A model generated the notes under the pieces. The model saw only the letters and a program-made list of their open reading frames with translations, was not told the DNA's origin and searched no databases. Of a DNA stretch of 64,000 nt, positions 1 to 9,274 are shown one piece after another. Made by a program: the position numbers and the translations under genes. The stretch is from Rickettsiales bacterium (lineage in GTDB: Bacteria; Pseudomonadota; Alphaproteobacteria; Rickettsiales; UBA3002): the NCBI GenBank assembly GCA_965247335.1, contig CBDFGU010000009.1:395519-459518 (forward strand), read 5' to 3'. Within the stretch, counting starts at the first letter, position 1. Each line of letters starts with the position of its first letter.

Positions 1-1
1 C

Positions 2-520
2 AGCATGGGGCGTTTCGTCGCTAAGAAAGGCTTTCGCTCCTTCATCGAGGCACTTTCGTTGCTGCGAGCGCGGGGCGTCGAATTCCACACAATCATTGGC
101 GGTGAAGGTGCCGAATCGGATACTATCGCGCAACTTATCACGCGCTACGAATTGCAGGAGAAGGTAACCCTGCAGGGCTGGGTGCAGAACAAGGCAGCGT
201 TCTTCGCCGCGCTCGATATCTTCGTGTTGCCGTCACTGCATGAACCATTCGGCATCGTGCTCATCGAAGCGATGGCGCATGGCGTCCCGGTCGTCAGCAC
301 TGCCACGGAAGGGCCGCGCGAGATTATCCATGACGGCACGGATGGCGTGCTGGTGCCGAAGAACGACCCCGTGGCTATCGCGGGTGCCATCGAAAGCCTG
401 CTCAAAAATCCCGCCCGCGCCGCCCAACTTGCGCAAAAAGGCGCAACGCTTGCCGCCCGCGATTACAGCCTCGACGCCATGGCCGCGCGCTTGAAAACCT
501 CTCTCGCCGACCTTACATGA
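2..520 (+). CDS. glycosyltransferase (GT-B fold, family 1/4-like), C-terminal fragment; the 5' end lies outside the window
   Basis: The reading frame is open to the window edge. The C-terminal motif block 'LPSLHEPFGIVLIEAMAHGVPVVST..GPREIIHDGTDGVLVP' is typical of GT4-type glycosyltransferases. Confidence 0.8.
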   Translation, partial: SMGRFVAKKGFRSFIEALSLLRARGVEFHTIIGGEGAESDTIAQLITRYELQEKVTLQGWVQNKAAFFAALDIFVLPSLHEPFGIVLIEAMAHGVPVVSTATEGPREIIHDGTDGVLVPKNDPVAIAGAIESLLKNPARAAQLAQKGATLAARDYSLDAMAARLKTSLADLT

Positions 521-783
521 GGCGCATGCTGGAACTTCGTCCCAACTGCGAATGTTGCGATCGCGATCTGCCGCCGGACTCGCCGGAGGCGATGATCTGT
601 TCCTACGAGTGCACGTTTTGCCAAACCTGTGCAACTAAGGTGCCTCACGGCCAGTGCCCGAACTGCGGTGGCAATTTCGCGCCGCGCCCCATCCGCTCAG
701 CGGCAAAGCTGCTGAAGCATCCCGCCGCCACTATACGCACAGTGAATCCATCAGGCTGTAAGGGCATCCATGCAACCACGTAG
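517..783 (+). CDS. DUF1272-family small zinc-ribbon protein
   Basis: 'LELRPNCECCDRDLPP.S.EA.ICS.ECTFC..C......CPNCGG' matches the DUF1272 Cys pattern. The start overlaps the upstream stop (ATGA). Confidence 0.7.
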   Translation: MRRMLELRPNCECCDRDLPPDSPEAMICSYECTFCQTCATKVPHGQCPNCGGNFAPRPIRSAAKLLKHPAATIRTVNPSGCKGIHATT

Positions 784-1507
784 CATCATCGCCATCGGCG
801 GGCCGGACCGCATCAGCTTCCTGCAAGGCATCCTGACGCAGGATGTGGGTAAGCTTGGCCATGATAAGATCCAGTTCGCGGCCTTGCTGTCACCACAGGG
901 AAAAGTCCTCAATGACATGTTCCTCATCAGCGATGGCGAGCGCATCCTGATCGATATCGACCAACCCGCGGCCGAGCTTTTCCTGCGCCGCCTCGCCATG
1001 TATAAGCTGCGCGCCAAGGTGACGATCGACGATGTGAGTGTGGATGTTTACGTAACGCTCGCTGCGGAAGGATTAACGGATCCGCGCCACGCGGAATTGC
1101 CCCATCGCCATTACTTTAGCGAACCGCCCCCCCGTCACCCGTCACTAGTCACCCGTCACCCGTCACCCCTTAGTCTCGGCATCCCCGAAGTGGGCCATGA
1201 TTTCGCGCCGGATAGCGTAGTGGCGCTGGATGCCGGGTACGATCTGCTAAATGGCATCAGTTTCACCAAAGGCTGCTATGTCGGGCAGGAGATCACCGCG
1301 CGGATGCATTACAAGAATATCGCGCGACGCGGCTTTTACATCCTCAAGAACGACACGTCAGAGGCCCGGCTGGCGCTGCTGAAATTCGCGGAGGTCGAAG
1401 AGGGCAATGGCATGGTGACTGTCGATGACCAAACCTACCGTGCCACGCTGCCGGGCTGGATGGCGCCAAAACTCGCGCAATTCAAAAATGCCAGCGACAC
1501 GCAATAG
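770..1507 (+). CDS. ygfZ: YgfZ/CAF17-type folate-binding protein (Fe-S cluster repair / tRNA modification family)
   Basis: It has the signature 'FTKGCYVGQEITARM' (K-G-C-Y-x-G-Q-E) and an N-terminal 'GPDRISFLQGILTQDV' aminomethyltransferase-like region. It also contains an in-frame repeat insertion (see repeat 1136..1166). Confidence 0.8.
   Translation: MQPRSIIAIGGPDRISFLQGILTQDVGKLGHDKIQFAALLSPQGKVLNDMFLISDGERILIDIDQPAAELFLRRLAMYKLRAKVTIDDVSVDVYVTLAAEGLTDPRHAELPHRHYFSEPPPRHPSLVTRHPSPLSLGIPEVGHDFAPDSVVALDAGYDLLNGISFTKGCYVGQEITARMHYKNIARRGFYILKNDTSEARLALLKFAEVEEGNGMVTVDDQTYRATLPGWMAPKLAQFKNASDTQ
1136..1166 (+). repeat. 31-nt GTCACCC-type dispersed repeat, copy 1 (inside ygfZ, in frame)
   Basis: 'cacccgtcactagtcacccgtcacccgtcac' matches the reverse complement of 21472..21502 at 28 of 31 positions. 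It is embedded in a longer (cccgtcac)n-like run at 1131..1169. Confidence 0.85.
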
Positions 1508-1595
1508 ATTTATTCGTTTTTTTACGCGGGATTGTATTTGGCTTACTGCATCCTTAAATGCTATCCTGCTAGAAATCAAAGGACGACGCGACACC

Positions 1596-2267
1596 ATGAA
1601 AATCTTACGCAAGGTAAAGAGAATGCTCGACTCCAACGCGCCCTCGCCCACCACGATCAGCCTTGGCGACACGACCATCCAGATGCCTAATATCATCGAC
1701 GCCAGCAAAGTGAACGGCTACCTCGCCGGGCAATTGCTGGTCGCCACGCCCGTGATCGAATCCGGCGCTTTCATGAAATCCGTCATCTACGTCTTCAACC
1801 ATTCGGCCAGTGGCGCGATGGGGCTCATCATCAACCAGCCGCTGGAATTGATCAATTATAACGCCCTGCTTGAAGGCATGAACCTGCCCAAGGATAGCCC
1901 GGCCAGCGAGATCCCGGTCTATTTCGGCGGCCCGGTCGAACGCACGCGCGGATTTGTCGTGCATAGTACGGACTATCTGCGCGATTTTACCCTCGCCCGC
2001 TCGAATGAACTGGCCATTACGGCATCGAGCGCTATTCTCGGGGATATCGCCGAAGGTAAGGGACCAAAAAATTCAGCCCTTATCGTAGGTTATGCGGGCT
2101 GGAGCGCCGGGCAACTGGAAGCCGAGATCGAACAGAATAGCTGGATTTCCGTTCCCGCGACCGAAAAACTCATGTTCGAGACGGATAACGACCTGAAATG
2201 GGCGACGGCCAGCAAATCGCTCGGCATCGACATGGCGTTCTTCAGCACCACGATCGGCCACGCGTAA
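1596..2267 (+). CDS. yqgE: YqgE/AlgH family protein (UPF0301)
   Basis: 'GQLLVATPVIESGAFMKSVIYVFNHSASGAMGLIINQP' and 'GGPVE..RGFVVHS' are typical of the family. I chose the internal ATG at 1596 rather than the ORF start at 1425, which would overlap ygfZ. Confidence 0.8.
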   Translation: MKILRKVKRMLDSNAPSPTTISLGDTTIQMPNIIDASKVNGYLAGQLLVATPVIESGAFMKSVIYVFNHSASGAMGLIINQPLELINYNALLEGMNLPKDSPASEIPVYFGGPVERTRGFVVHSTDYLRDFTLARSNELAITASSAILGDIAEGKGPKNSALIVGYAGWSAGQLEAEIEQNSWISVPATEKLMFETDNDLKWATASKSLGIDMAFFSTTIGHA

Positions 2268-2317
2268 ATTCACGAAATCGTCATATAATAGCCCATTGCC
2301 TTTGCTAAAAGCAGGGC

Positions 2318-3130
2318 ATGGTATTTTACGGACAAACGGAATCCTCGCCCGACCGCGACGCGTACATGGCGCTCAGGCCCATCGGCCGGGCGAACCTGTT
2401 GATGCGTATGCACTACGGGCTTAAAACGATTACTGAACATGACCCGGCGAACAAACATTACGATACACCGGTCGCCGAACTGACCTGGCTCGCCGAGGAA
2501 TGCAAACTGCGCGGTGTGGTAGAGGTGGGCAAACAGATCGAACGCTGGACGGACCGTTTGCGCACCATCGCCAATAGCAAGACCTACGGCCGCCGCCCGG
2601 CTTTCCAGCGCCACCTGGATAGCATCCTTTACACGACCTTCAACGCAATGAAGAAATGGGATGAGCAGGCGTTTTTCGCGCCGCTGAAAGACGTTGAAGA
2701 CCAGCATGCACGCCACATGATCGACCAGACGCTGCATTACAACACCGATTTGCAACTACCCGATAGTTACAAAAAATTCATGGCAGTAACGGCCGACAAA
2801 GGACTTCGGCGCAAGCAGTTCGGCGACCGCGATTTGCAGGCCATCGTCACCCGCACGCAGGAGCTGTTTTACGACATGGCGCGTCGCATGCCTAGCGAAT
2901 TGCCCCACTGGCATCTCGCGGCACAAACGAACGACCGCCACCCACCCAAGGCATGGCGCACGCTTTTTGCTGCCATGCAGTACCAGAGCGGCAACTTTCC
3001 GTACCAGCTGATCCGCGCCATGCTGCATTACACGCCGGAAACGGGACTCGTCATCGAACAGGATGTGGGCAAAGCGATGAACGAAATCCGCCATTTGGTG
3101 CAGAGCGAGCGTGACCACACGGGCCGCTGA
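2318..3130 (+). CDS. hypothetical protein, 270 aa, no recognisable domain
   Basis: This is a long ORF in a gap between conserved genes. It has no signal peptide or TM segment and no motif I can name. Confidence 0.55.
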   Translation: MVFYGQTESSPDRDAYMALRPIGRANLLMRMHYGLKTITEHDPANKHYDTPVAELTWLAEECKLRGVVEVGKQIERWTDRLRTIANSKTYGRRPAFQRHLDSILYTTFNAMKKWDEQAFFAPLKDVEDQHARHMIDQTLHYNTDLQLPDSYKKFMAVTADKGLRRKQFGDRDLQAIVTRTQELFYDMARRMPSELPHWHLAAQTNDRHPPKAWRTLFAAMQYQSGNFPYQLIRAMLHYTPETGLVIEQDVGKAMNEIRHLVQSERDHTGR

Positions 3131-3184
3131 TTTCCCCCGCCAAAACCCTTGCGTTCTGGCCCCTTACCCGCTACACACGCGCGC

Positions 3185-4075
3185 ATGAAATCGTTTCAAG
3201 ATATTATCCTGACATTGCAGAATTTCTGGGCCAAACATGGCTGCGTCATCCTGCAGCCCTATGACATGGAAGTCGGCGCGGGCACGTTTCACCCCGCCAC
3301 CACCTTACGCGCGCTCGGGCCGCGCCCGTGGAACTGCGCGTTCGTCCAGCCATCGCGTCGTCCGAAGGATGGGCGTTACGGCGAGAACCCGAACCGTCTG
3401 CAGCATTATTATCAATTTCAGGTCATCCTGAAACCGTCGCCCGATAATCTTCAACAGCTTTATCTCGACTCGTTGCAGGAGCTCAGCATCGATTCGAGCC
3501 TGCACGATATCCGCTTCGTCGAGGATGACTGGGAAAGCCCGACGCTGGGCGCGTGGGGCCTTGGCTGGGAAGTCTGGTGCGACGGCATGGAAGTCACCCA
3601 GTTCACTTATTTCCAGCAGGTCGGCGGCATCGAATGCAACCCCATCAGTGGCGAGTTGACCTACGGGCTCGAACGCCTCGCCATGTACATCCAGGGTGTC
3701 GAGAACGTGTACGACCTGAAATGGAATGACGCGAAAGAAGGCGAAGTGCAGTTCACCTATGGCGATGTGTTCAAGCAGAACGAAATCGAATTCTCAGCAT
3801 ACAACCTTGAAGCGGCGAACACCGAGCAGCTGTTTAAGCAGTTCGCGGAAGCCGAAGCCGAATGCCAAGCCCTGCTTGCGTACGGCAACGAACGCAGCAA
3901 GGCGCTGACGCTCCCCGCCTACGACCAATGCATCAAAGCCTCGCACCGCTTTAACCTGCTCGATGCGCGCGGCGTCATCGGCGTCACCGAACGCGCCTCT
4001 TATATCGGTCGCGTCCGCGCCCTTGCCAAAGCCTGTTGCGAAGCGTGGGTCGCGACGCAGACAGAGGCGGCGTGA
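3185..4075 (+). CDS. glyQ: glycine--tRNA ligase alpha subunit
   Basis: '[34 protein letters not shown]' is the canonical GlyQ N-terminus. The start was moved to the ATG at 3185. Confidence 0.95.
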   Translation: MKSFQDIILTLQNFWAKHGCVILQPYDMEVGAGTFHPATTLRALGPRPWNCAFVQPSRRPKDGRYGENPNRLQHYYQFQVILKPSPDNLQQLYLDSLQELSIDSSLHDIRFVEDDWESPTLGAWGLGWEVWCDGMEVTQFTYFQQVGGIECNPISGELTYGLERLAMYIQGVENVYDLKWNDAKEGEVQFTYGDVFKQNEIEFSAYNLEAANTEQLFKQFAEAEAECQALLAYGNERSKALTLPAYDQCIKASHRFNLLDARGVIGVTERASYIGRVRALAKACCEAWVATQTEAA

Positions 4076-4191
4076 TGCGCACGACGCTCACATTACTTTT
4101 CATTGTCGTAAGCCTTTCCGCCTGCGACAGCGACGTGCATTATGTAAAAGCCGTGCCGGTCGACCCGGTCGAGCAAGGAGATTTGCCATGA
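4075..4191 (+). CDS. small putative lipoprotein (38 aa), not in the supplied ORF track
   Basis: My translation is [38 protein letters not shown], with signal-peptide features and a lipobox-like 'LSAC'. The start overlaps the glyQ stop (TGATG) and the stop overlaps the panD start (ATGA). 'agagg' lies 7 nt upstream. Confidence 0.5.
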   Translation: MRTTLTLLFIVVSLSACDSDVHYVKAVPVDPVEQGDLP

Positions 4192-4613
4192 TCCTGACCA
4201 TGATGAAAGGCAAGATCCACCGTTGCATCTGCACCGGTGCCGATCTTGACTATAACGGCTCCATCACCGTCGATCCCATGCTGCTCGAAGCCGCCGGCAT
4301 CCTAGAGCACGAACAAGTCGATGTGCTCGACATTACTAACGGCGCGCGCCTTACGACCTATGCCATCCGCAGTAAAAAGCGCGGGAGCGGCGAGATCACC
4401 ATCAACGGCGCCGCTGCCCATCTCGTGAAAAAAGGCCACCTTCTCATCATCTGCGCCTATGCACAGATGAAGGAGAAGGAAGCAAACAAGCATCAGCCAA
4501 AAGTCATCCTGGTGGATTCGAAGAATCACGTTGCAAAAACCGCGCGTAAATCGGCGAGCGGAAAACATGTGCAGCCGAAACTTGTCGTGAAAAAGAAAGC
4601 GATGAAGAAGTAA
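4188..4613 (+). CDS. panD: aspartate 1-decarboxylase proenzyme, with a Lys-rich C-terminal tail
   Basis: 'MMKGKIHRCICTGADLDYNGSITVD..LLEAAGILEHEQVDVLDITNGARLTTYAI' aligns to PanD, including the Gly-Ser self-cleavage site ('YNGS'). AAGGAG lies 7 nt upstream. Only the last 141 codons of ORF 3963..4613 are used. Confidence 0.9.
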   Translation: MILTMMKGKIHRCICTGADLDYNGSITVDPMLLEAAGILEHEQVDVLDITNGARLTTYAIRSKKRGSGEITINGAAAHLVKKGHLLIICAYAQMKEKEANKHQPKVILVDSKNHVAKTARKSASGKHVQPKLVVKKKAMKK

Positions 4614-6565
4614 TGGCCACCCTGCTCCTCGAACTCTTCTCGGAAGAAATCCCGAGCCGCATGCAGCGCGGTGCGATGGAGCAGTTACAGCGCCTGATTA
4701 CCGACGGCCTGAAAAAAAACCTGCTCGCCTTTACTGAATGCAAAACATTCGTCTCGCCGCGCCACTTCGCCATCCAGGTTTTCGGTTTGCCGATCATGCA
4801 GCCGGATGTGAAGGAAGAAAAACGTGGGCCGAAGATCGGCGCGCCGGAACAGGCGATGAAAGGTTTTCTCGCCGCCAGCGGCCTGACGGTTGAGCAATGC
4901 GAGCAGCGCGATGGCTATTACTACGCCAGCATAGAACGCAAAGGCCGCGCTGTAACCGATGTCGTAAAAGAGATTTGTGAAAGCGCCCTGACGAGCTTTG
5001 GCTGGCCGAAATCCATGCGCTGGGGTAGCCGCCCGCTGCAATGGGTACGCCCGCTGCACCGCCTTGTCTGCCTGCTGGATGATAAAATCGTGCCCGTACA
5101 ATTCGCGCACCTTACCGCGAGCAATATCACGCAAGGCCATCGCTTCATGGCGCCCGACGAAATCACCATCGCGCACGCCGAAAAATATGAGCAGCAACTG
5201 AATGACGCCAAAATCGTCGTCGACTATGCTGCGCGCCGCACGCAGATCAAATCGAAAATTGCTGCACTCGCCGCTACAGCAAAACTCGCCGTCGTCGAGG
5301 ATGAATCCTTGCTCGATGAAGTGACCGGGCTCGTCGAATGGCCGGTACCGTTGCTCTGCCAGTTCGATCAGAAATTCCTCGACCTACCGCCGGAAGTCCT
5401 CATTTCCGAAATGAAGAACCACCAGCGCTATTTCGCGCTTAACGATGCGAGCGGCAAACTCTGCAACCAGTTCATCACCGTCGCCAATATGGCAACCAAG
5501 GATGGCGGCGCGAAAGTAAAACAAGGCAACGCCCGTGTGGTTCGTGCCCGCCTCGCCGATGGGGAATTCTATTGGCAACAGGACCGCAAAACGAGCCTTG
5601 AAGATTGGGGCAAGAAACTTTCCGATGTCGTCTTCCACGCCAAGGTCGGCATGATGAACGAGAAAGTTGCGCGGATTGAAACGCTGGCCGTGGAAATCGC
5701 CAAGAACGTCAACTTCACCGACGAGAAATCCGTCCGCCGCGCCGCGCAACTCTGCAAAGCGGATTTGACGTCTGGCATGGTCGGCGAGTTCCCGGAACTG
5801 CAGGGCACCATGGGCCGCTACTACGCCACCGCCCAAGGCGAAAGCACCGAGATTGCCGATGCCATCCGTGACCATTACAAACCGCTCGGTGCGAGCGATT
5901 CTGTGCCGGAATCCAAACTTGCCGCCATCGTCGCGATTGCCGATAAACTCGATTCCATCGTCAGCCTATTTGCTGCGGGTGAGAAACCAACTGGCTCGAA
6001 AGATCCTCTCGCCCTGCGTCGTGCTGCACTCGGTATACTGCGCATCGTTCAAGAACATGCATGGGACATCGACCTCGTAAATTTTGCCGCTACAGATGTT
6101 GTGGGATTTTTCCGAGATCGACTGAACACAATGCTTCGCGAGGAATCGCGCGCTGACATAGTCGAAGGCATTCTGACATCGCCAAAGACGTTTAAGCCTT
6201 ACGAAATAACTTCACAGGTAAAAGAGTTCAATATCTGGCGTAGTACTACTTTGGCGAAAGATTCCCTTGCCGCTCTCAAACGCGCGCAAAACATCCTCGC
6301 CGCGGAAGAAAAAAAAGAGAAAAAGAAATTTAGCGCTAGTACCAGCGATGCAAATGCTCCCGCAGAAAAAGCGCTCGCCGATGAACTACAAAAATTTAAG
6401 GCCGCTGGCCCTGCCAGCTTGGAAGCCCTCACTGCCCCCATCAACCAGTTCTTCACCGACCTGCTGGTGAACGAAGAAGGCCACCGCGAATCGCGCCTTG
6501 CGCTGCTCGCTGCGGTACGCGACGCTGCCAACCAGATTGCCGATTTCAGTAAGATTGAAGGATAA
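4613..6565 (+). CDS. glyS: glycine--tRNA ligase beta subunit
   Basis: 650 aa. It begins 'MATLLLELFSEEIPSRMQ' (typical GlyS) and contains 'QRYF' and 'ELQGTMG'. The start overlaps the panD stop (TAATG). Confidence 0.95.
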   Translation: MATLLLELFSEEIPSRMQRGAMEQLQRLITDGLKKNLLAFTECKTFVSPRHFAIQVFGLPIMQPDVKEEKRGPKIGAPEQAMKGFLAASGLTVEQCEQRDGYYYASIERKGRAVTDVVKEICESALTSFGWPKSMRWGSRPLQWVRPLHRLVCLLDDKIVPVQFAHLTASNITQGHRFMAPDEITIAHAEKYEQQLNDAKIVVDYAARRTQIKSKIAALAATAKLAVVEDESLLDEVTGLVEWPVPLLCQFDQKFLDLPPEVLISEMKNHQRYFALNDASGKLCNQFITVANMATKDGGAKVKQGNARVVRARLADGEFYWQQDRKTSLEDWGKKLSDVVFHAKVGMMNEKVARIETLAVEIAKNVNFTDEKSVRRAAQLCKADLTSGMVGEFPELQGTMGRYYATAQGESTEIADAIRDHYKPLGASDSVPESKLAAIVAIADKLDSIVSLFAAGEKPTGSKDPLALRRAALGILRIVQEHAWDIDLVNFAATDVVGFFRDRLNTMLREESRADIVEGILTSPKTFKPYEITSQVKEFNIWRSTTLAKDSLAALKRAQNILAAEEKKEKKKFSASTSDANAPAEKALADELQKFKAAGPASLEALTAPINQFFTDLLVNEEGHRESRLALLAAVRDAANQIADFSKIEG

Positions 6566-6574
6566 GGAGTTCCT

Positions 6575-9274
6575 ATGCCCCCCGCCGCCGCGAAGAAAAC
6601 CGACCTCGCCGAGAAGCTCGTCTACACCTTCGGCGACGGCAAAGCCGAAGGCAACGCGGGCATGAAGAACCAGCTCGGCGGTAAGGGCGCGAACCTCGCC
6701 GATATGTGCGCGCTCGGCCTGCCGGTGCCCCCTGGCTTCACCATTCCGACCGATGTGTGTGTGGCCTATTATGACAACGACAAAAATTTTCCCGAGGCGC
6801 TCCCCGCGCAAGTGAAGACCGGCGTTGCCTATATCGAAAAAATCGTCGGCCGTACTTTTGGCGATGCGAAAAATCCGCTGCTCGTTTCCGTGCGTTCCGG
6901 CGCTCGCGCTTCGATGCCGGGCATGATGGACACCATCCTCAATCTCGGCCTGAATGATGCCACCGTCGAAGGCTTAGCCGCCAAAACCGGCAACGCACGT
7001 TTCGCCTATGATTCCTACCGCCGCTTCATCCAGATGTATTCGGATGTGGTACTGGGTGTGGACCATGACGTGTTCGAGGACCTCCTCGACCTGATGAAGA
7101 ATGAGCGCGATTTTTCGCAGGATACGGATCTGTCGGCCGATGATTTGAAAGAATTGGTCGCGCAATACAAGGAAGCCGTGACCAAGAAGATCAAGAAACC
7201 GTTCCCGCAGGATGTGAACGAGCAGCTCTGGGGCGCGACCCGCGCCGTGTTCGATAGCTGGATGAACCCACGCGCCAACACCTATCGCAACCTGCACGAC
7301 ATCCCCGCGAGCTGGGGCACCGCAGTGAATATCCAATCGATGGTGTTCGGCAATATGGGCGATGATTGCGCGACCGGCGTGGCATTCACGCGCAACCCCT
7401 CGACCGGTGAAAACATGTTCTACGGCGAGTTCCTCGTCAACGCGCAAGGCGAGGATGTCGTCGCCGGTATCCGCACGCCGCAACCGCTGACGATCCAGGG
7501 CAAGATCGATGGCGGCGACCTGCCGAGCATGGAAGAGGTGATGCCGGATGTGTTCGGCGACCTCGTGAAAATTTATCAAAAACTGGAATCGCATTACCGC
7601 GACATGCAGGATATCGAGTTCACCGTCGAGAATCGCAAACTGTGGATGCTGCAGACCCGCAACGGCAAGCGCACCGCGAAAGCTGCGCTTAAAATCGCCG
7701 CCGATATGGTGCATGAAAAGCTTATCACGCAAGAGGAAGCGTTGCTGCGCCTTGATCCGCTGTCACTCGACCAGTTGCTGCACCCGCAGCTCGACCCGAA
7801 CGCCAAGAAAAATGTCATCGCGCGCGGCTTGCCAGCAAGCCCTGGTGCGGCTTCCGGCAAGGTCGTCTTCACGGCGGAAGATGCCGAGCATGCCGCGAAC
7901 CTCAAGGAAAAAGTTATCCTTGTACGCATCGAAACCTCGCCGGAAGATATCCATGGCATGCATGCGGCCCAAGGCATTCTTACCGCCCGTGGCGGCATGA
8001 CGTCGCACGCCGCCGTCGTCGCCCGCGGCATGGGAAAATGCTGCGTTTCCGGCGCGGGCGAGATCCGCATCAACTACGCGAAGAAAGAATTCTCGGCCGG
8101 GAGTATCACCGTCAAGGAAGGCGATATCGTCACGCTGAACGGCTCTACTGGTGAAGTGATCCTCGGCGAAGTCGGCACCGTCGAACCGAATCTGTCGGGC
8201 GATTTCACGACCATCATGCAATGGGCGGATGACGCGCGGACGCTCAAGGTGCGGGCCAATGCCGAGACCCCGCTCGATGCGAAAACCGCACGCGGCTTCG
8301 GCGCCGAAGGTATCGGCCTGTGCCGCACCGAGCATATGTTCTTCGATGCCGCGCGCATCGTCGCCATGCGCGAAATGATCGTGGCGGAAACCAAGAAAGC
8401 GCGGGAGACGGCGCTGGCCAAATTGCTGCCTTACCAGAAGAAGGATTTCATCGAGCTGTTCCGCATCATGGATGGCCTGCCGGTAACGATCCGCCTGCTC
8501 GACCCGCCGCTGCACGAATTTCTGCCGCATACGGAAAGCGAAATGCAGGAAGTGGCGGATGCCTCGCATCTGACGCTCGAAGCCGTGAAATACCGCGCCA
8601 GCCAATTGCATGAGAGCAACCCGATGCTCGGCCATCGCGGCGTGCGCCTCGGTATCACCTACCCGGAAATCTATGCCATGCAGGCGCGCGCGATCTTCGA
8701 AGCGGCGGCGGAAGTGCAGAAGGAAGGCAAGAAAGTGCTGCCCGAGATCATGATCCCGCTGATCATGACGAAAAAGGAATTGCAGCTGATGAAAGAGATC
8801 GTCGATAAAGCGGCGAGCGATGTGAAAACCGCAACGGATACCGATATGGCCTATCAGGTCGGCACCATGATCGAGCTACCGCGCGCGGCCTTGCGGGCGG
8901 GCGATATCGCGGAATATGCCGAGTTCTTCAGCTTCGGCACCAACGATCTCACCCAGACGACGCTCGGCATTTCGCGCGACGATGCGGCGAACTTCATAGA
9001 GCATTACAAGAAGCAAGGCGTGATCGAGCAGGATCCGTTCGTCACCATCGACCAGGATGGGGTCGGCGAACTCATCAAGCTCGCGGCGGAACGCGGCCGC
9101 GCGACGCGCAAGGACATCAAGCTCGGTATCTGCGGTGAGCATGGCGGCGACCCGGCATCGATCCAGTTCTGCCAGAAAACGGGCCTGAATTATGTGAGCT
9201 GCTCACCGTACCGCGTGCCGATCGCCCGCCTTGCGGCAGCACAGGCGGCGATCCGCGCCAAGCAGAACGCCTAG
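6575..9274 (+). CDS. ppdK: pyruvate, phosphate dikinase
   Basis: 899 aa. It has 'GGKGANLAEM'-type ATP-grasp motifs, the phosphohistidine motif 'GGMTSHAAVVARG', and a PEP-utilizing C-terminal motif block ('FFSFGTNDLTQ'). AAGGAG precedes the start. Confidence 0.95.
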   Translation: MPPAAAKKTDLAEKLVYTFGDGKAEGNAGMKNQLGGKGANLADMCALGLPVPPGFTIPTDVCVAYYDNDKNFPEALPAQVKTGVAYIEKIVGRTFGDAKNPLLVSVRSGARASMPGMMDTILNLGLNDATVEGLAAKTGNARFAYDSYRRFIQMYSDVVLGVDHDVFEDLLDLMKNERDFSQDTDLSADDLKELVAQYKEAVTKKIKKPFPQDVNEQLWGATRAVFDSWMNPRANTYRNLHDIPASWGTAVNIQSMVFGNMGDDCATGVAFTRNPSTGENMFYGEFLVNAQGEDVVAGIRTPQPLTIQGKIDGGDLPSMEEVMPDVFGDLVKIYQKLESHYRDMQDIEFTVENRKLWMLQTRNGKRTAKAALKIAADMVHEKLITQEEALLRLDPLSLDQLLHPQLDPNAKKNVIARGLPASPGAASGKVVFTAEDAEHAANLKEKVILVRIETSPEDIHGMHAAQGILTARGGMTSHAAVVARGMGKCCVSGAGEIRINYAKKEFSAGSITVKEGDIVTLNGSTGEVILGEVGTVEPNLSGDFTTIMQWADDARTLKVRANAETPLDAKTARGFGAEGIGLCRTEHMFFDAARIVAMREMIVAETKKARETALAKLLPYQKKDFIELFRIMDGLPVTIRLLDPPLHEFLPHTESEMQEVADASHLTLEAVKYRASQLHESNPMLGHRGVRLGITYPEIYAMQARAIFEAAAEVQKEGKKVLPEIMIPLIMTKKELQLMKEIVDKAASDVKTATDTDMAYQVGTMIELPRAALRAGDIAEYAEFFSFGTNDLTQTTLGISRDDAANFIEHYKKQGVIEQDPFVTIDQDGVGELIKLAAERGRATRKDIKLGICGEHGGDPASIQFCQKTGLNYVSCSPYRVPIARLAAAQAAIRAKQNA

